DNA of 63,817 bases, the filler included, from Octopus bimaculoides (lineage: Eukaryota), in NCBI RefSeq assembly GCF_001194135.2. It is 5 parts of 5 records of this genome, joined end to end, with 100 filler letters (N's around TTAATTAATTAA, not from the genome) between each part and the next. Parts side by side here need not be neighbours in the genome. Positions count along the whole stretch, not along the records: positions 62,747 to 63,817 come from NW_026378911.1; 4 more parts are not named here. One strand, given 5' to 3'. Numbering within the stretch: the first letter of the stretch is position 1; each line of letters starts with the position of its first letter. Of this stretch, positions 63,494 through 63,817 are shown piece after piece. The position numbers and the translations under genes are program-made. The notes beneath the pieces are model-generated. The model saw nothing but the letters and a program-made list of their open reading frames with translations, was not told the DNA's origin and did not search any database.

Positions 63494-63817
63494 AGTGTAT
63501 GCGTATGGTGGTGGTGGCATGTGTGCGATACCATAGTGTGTAAGGTAGCGTGTGTGCGTGCGTTTGGTGGTATGTGTGTATGTGTATGGTGACAGGTGTA
63601 TGTGTATGGTGATAGGTGTATGTTTTTGCACATGTGAGTAGACGTGATGGTCAGTAGTAGTTGGGGGCAATGGAAGGATTTTTGAAAGGCAGTATGAAGA
63701 ATGTGTGTATGTGTATGGACATGTCTCCCACTCTCAGGGTCACTGTCTCTCTCTCTCTTTTTCTGTATATGTATGTGTTTCCATGTGTGTATGTGCATCT
63801 GAGTGTGGAAGTATATG

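Overview
Eukaryotic, AT-rich, gap-riddled genomic DNA. It is most likely an octopus draft scaffold, inferred from the tRNA-derived SINE families and the extreme microsatellite density. I found no confident host protein-coding exon; almost every long ORF in the track is a microsatellite or N-gap artefact. The window holds decayed mobile elements: two Penelope-like (PLE) families, several R4/Dong-type restriction-like-endonuclease (REL) LINEs, Tx1/L1-like and RTE LINE fragments, mariner/Tc1 remnants and many SINEs. The best lead is a PLE family (18.7-19.7 kb, 34.6-36.9 kb, 38.5 kb). It combines an unusually long motif A-to-B' spacer (insertion-in-fingers-like) with a C-terminal GIY-YIG endonuclease, a hammerhead ribozyme with an intact core in its 3' repeat, and ends in (TA)n. 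Other leads: further variant or decayed hammerhead motifs; an ~830-bp palindrome with head-to-head TTAGGG/CCCTAA repeats at its centre; apparent partitioning of microsatellite targets among retroelement families ((CATA)n, (AAT)n, (TA)n); a mariner built from two 5' ends; a 57-bp satellite made from a SINE B-box; and one canonically spaced candidate Pol II promoter. All alignments and folds were done by eye, and boundaries are approximate unless a motif is quoted.
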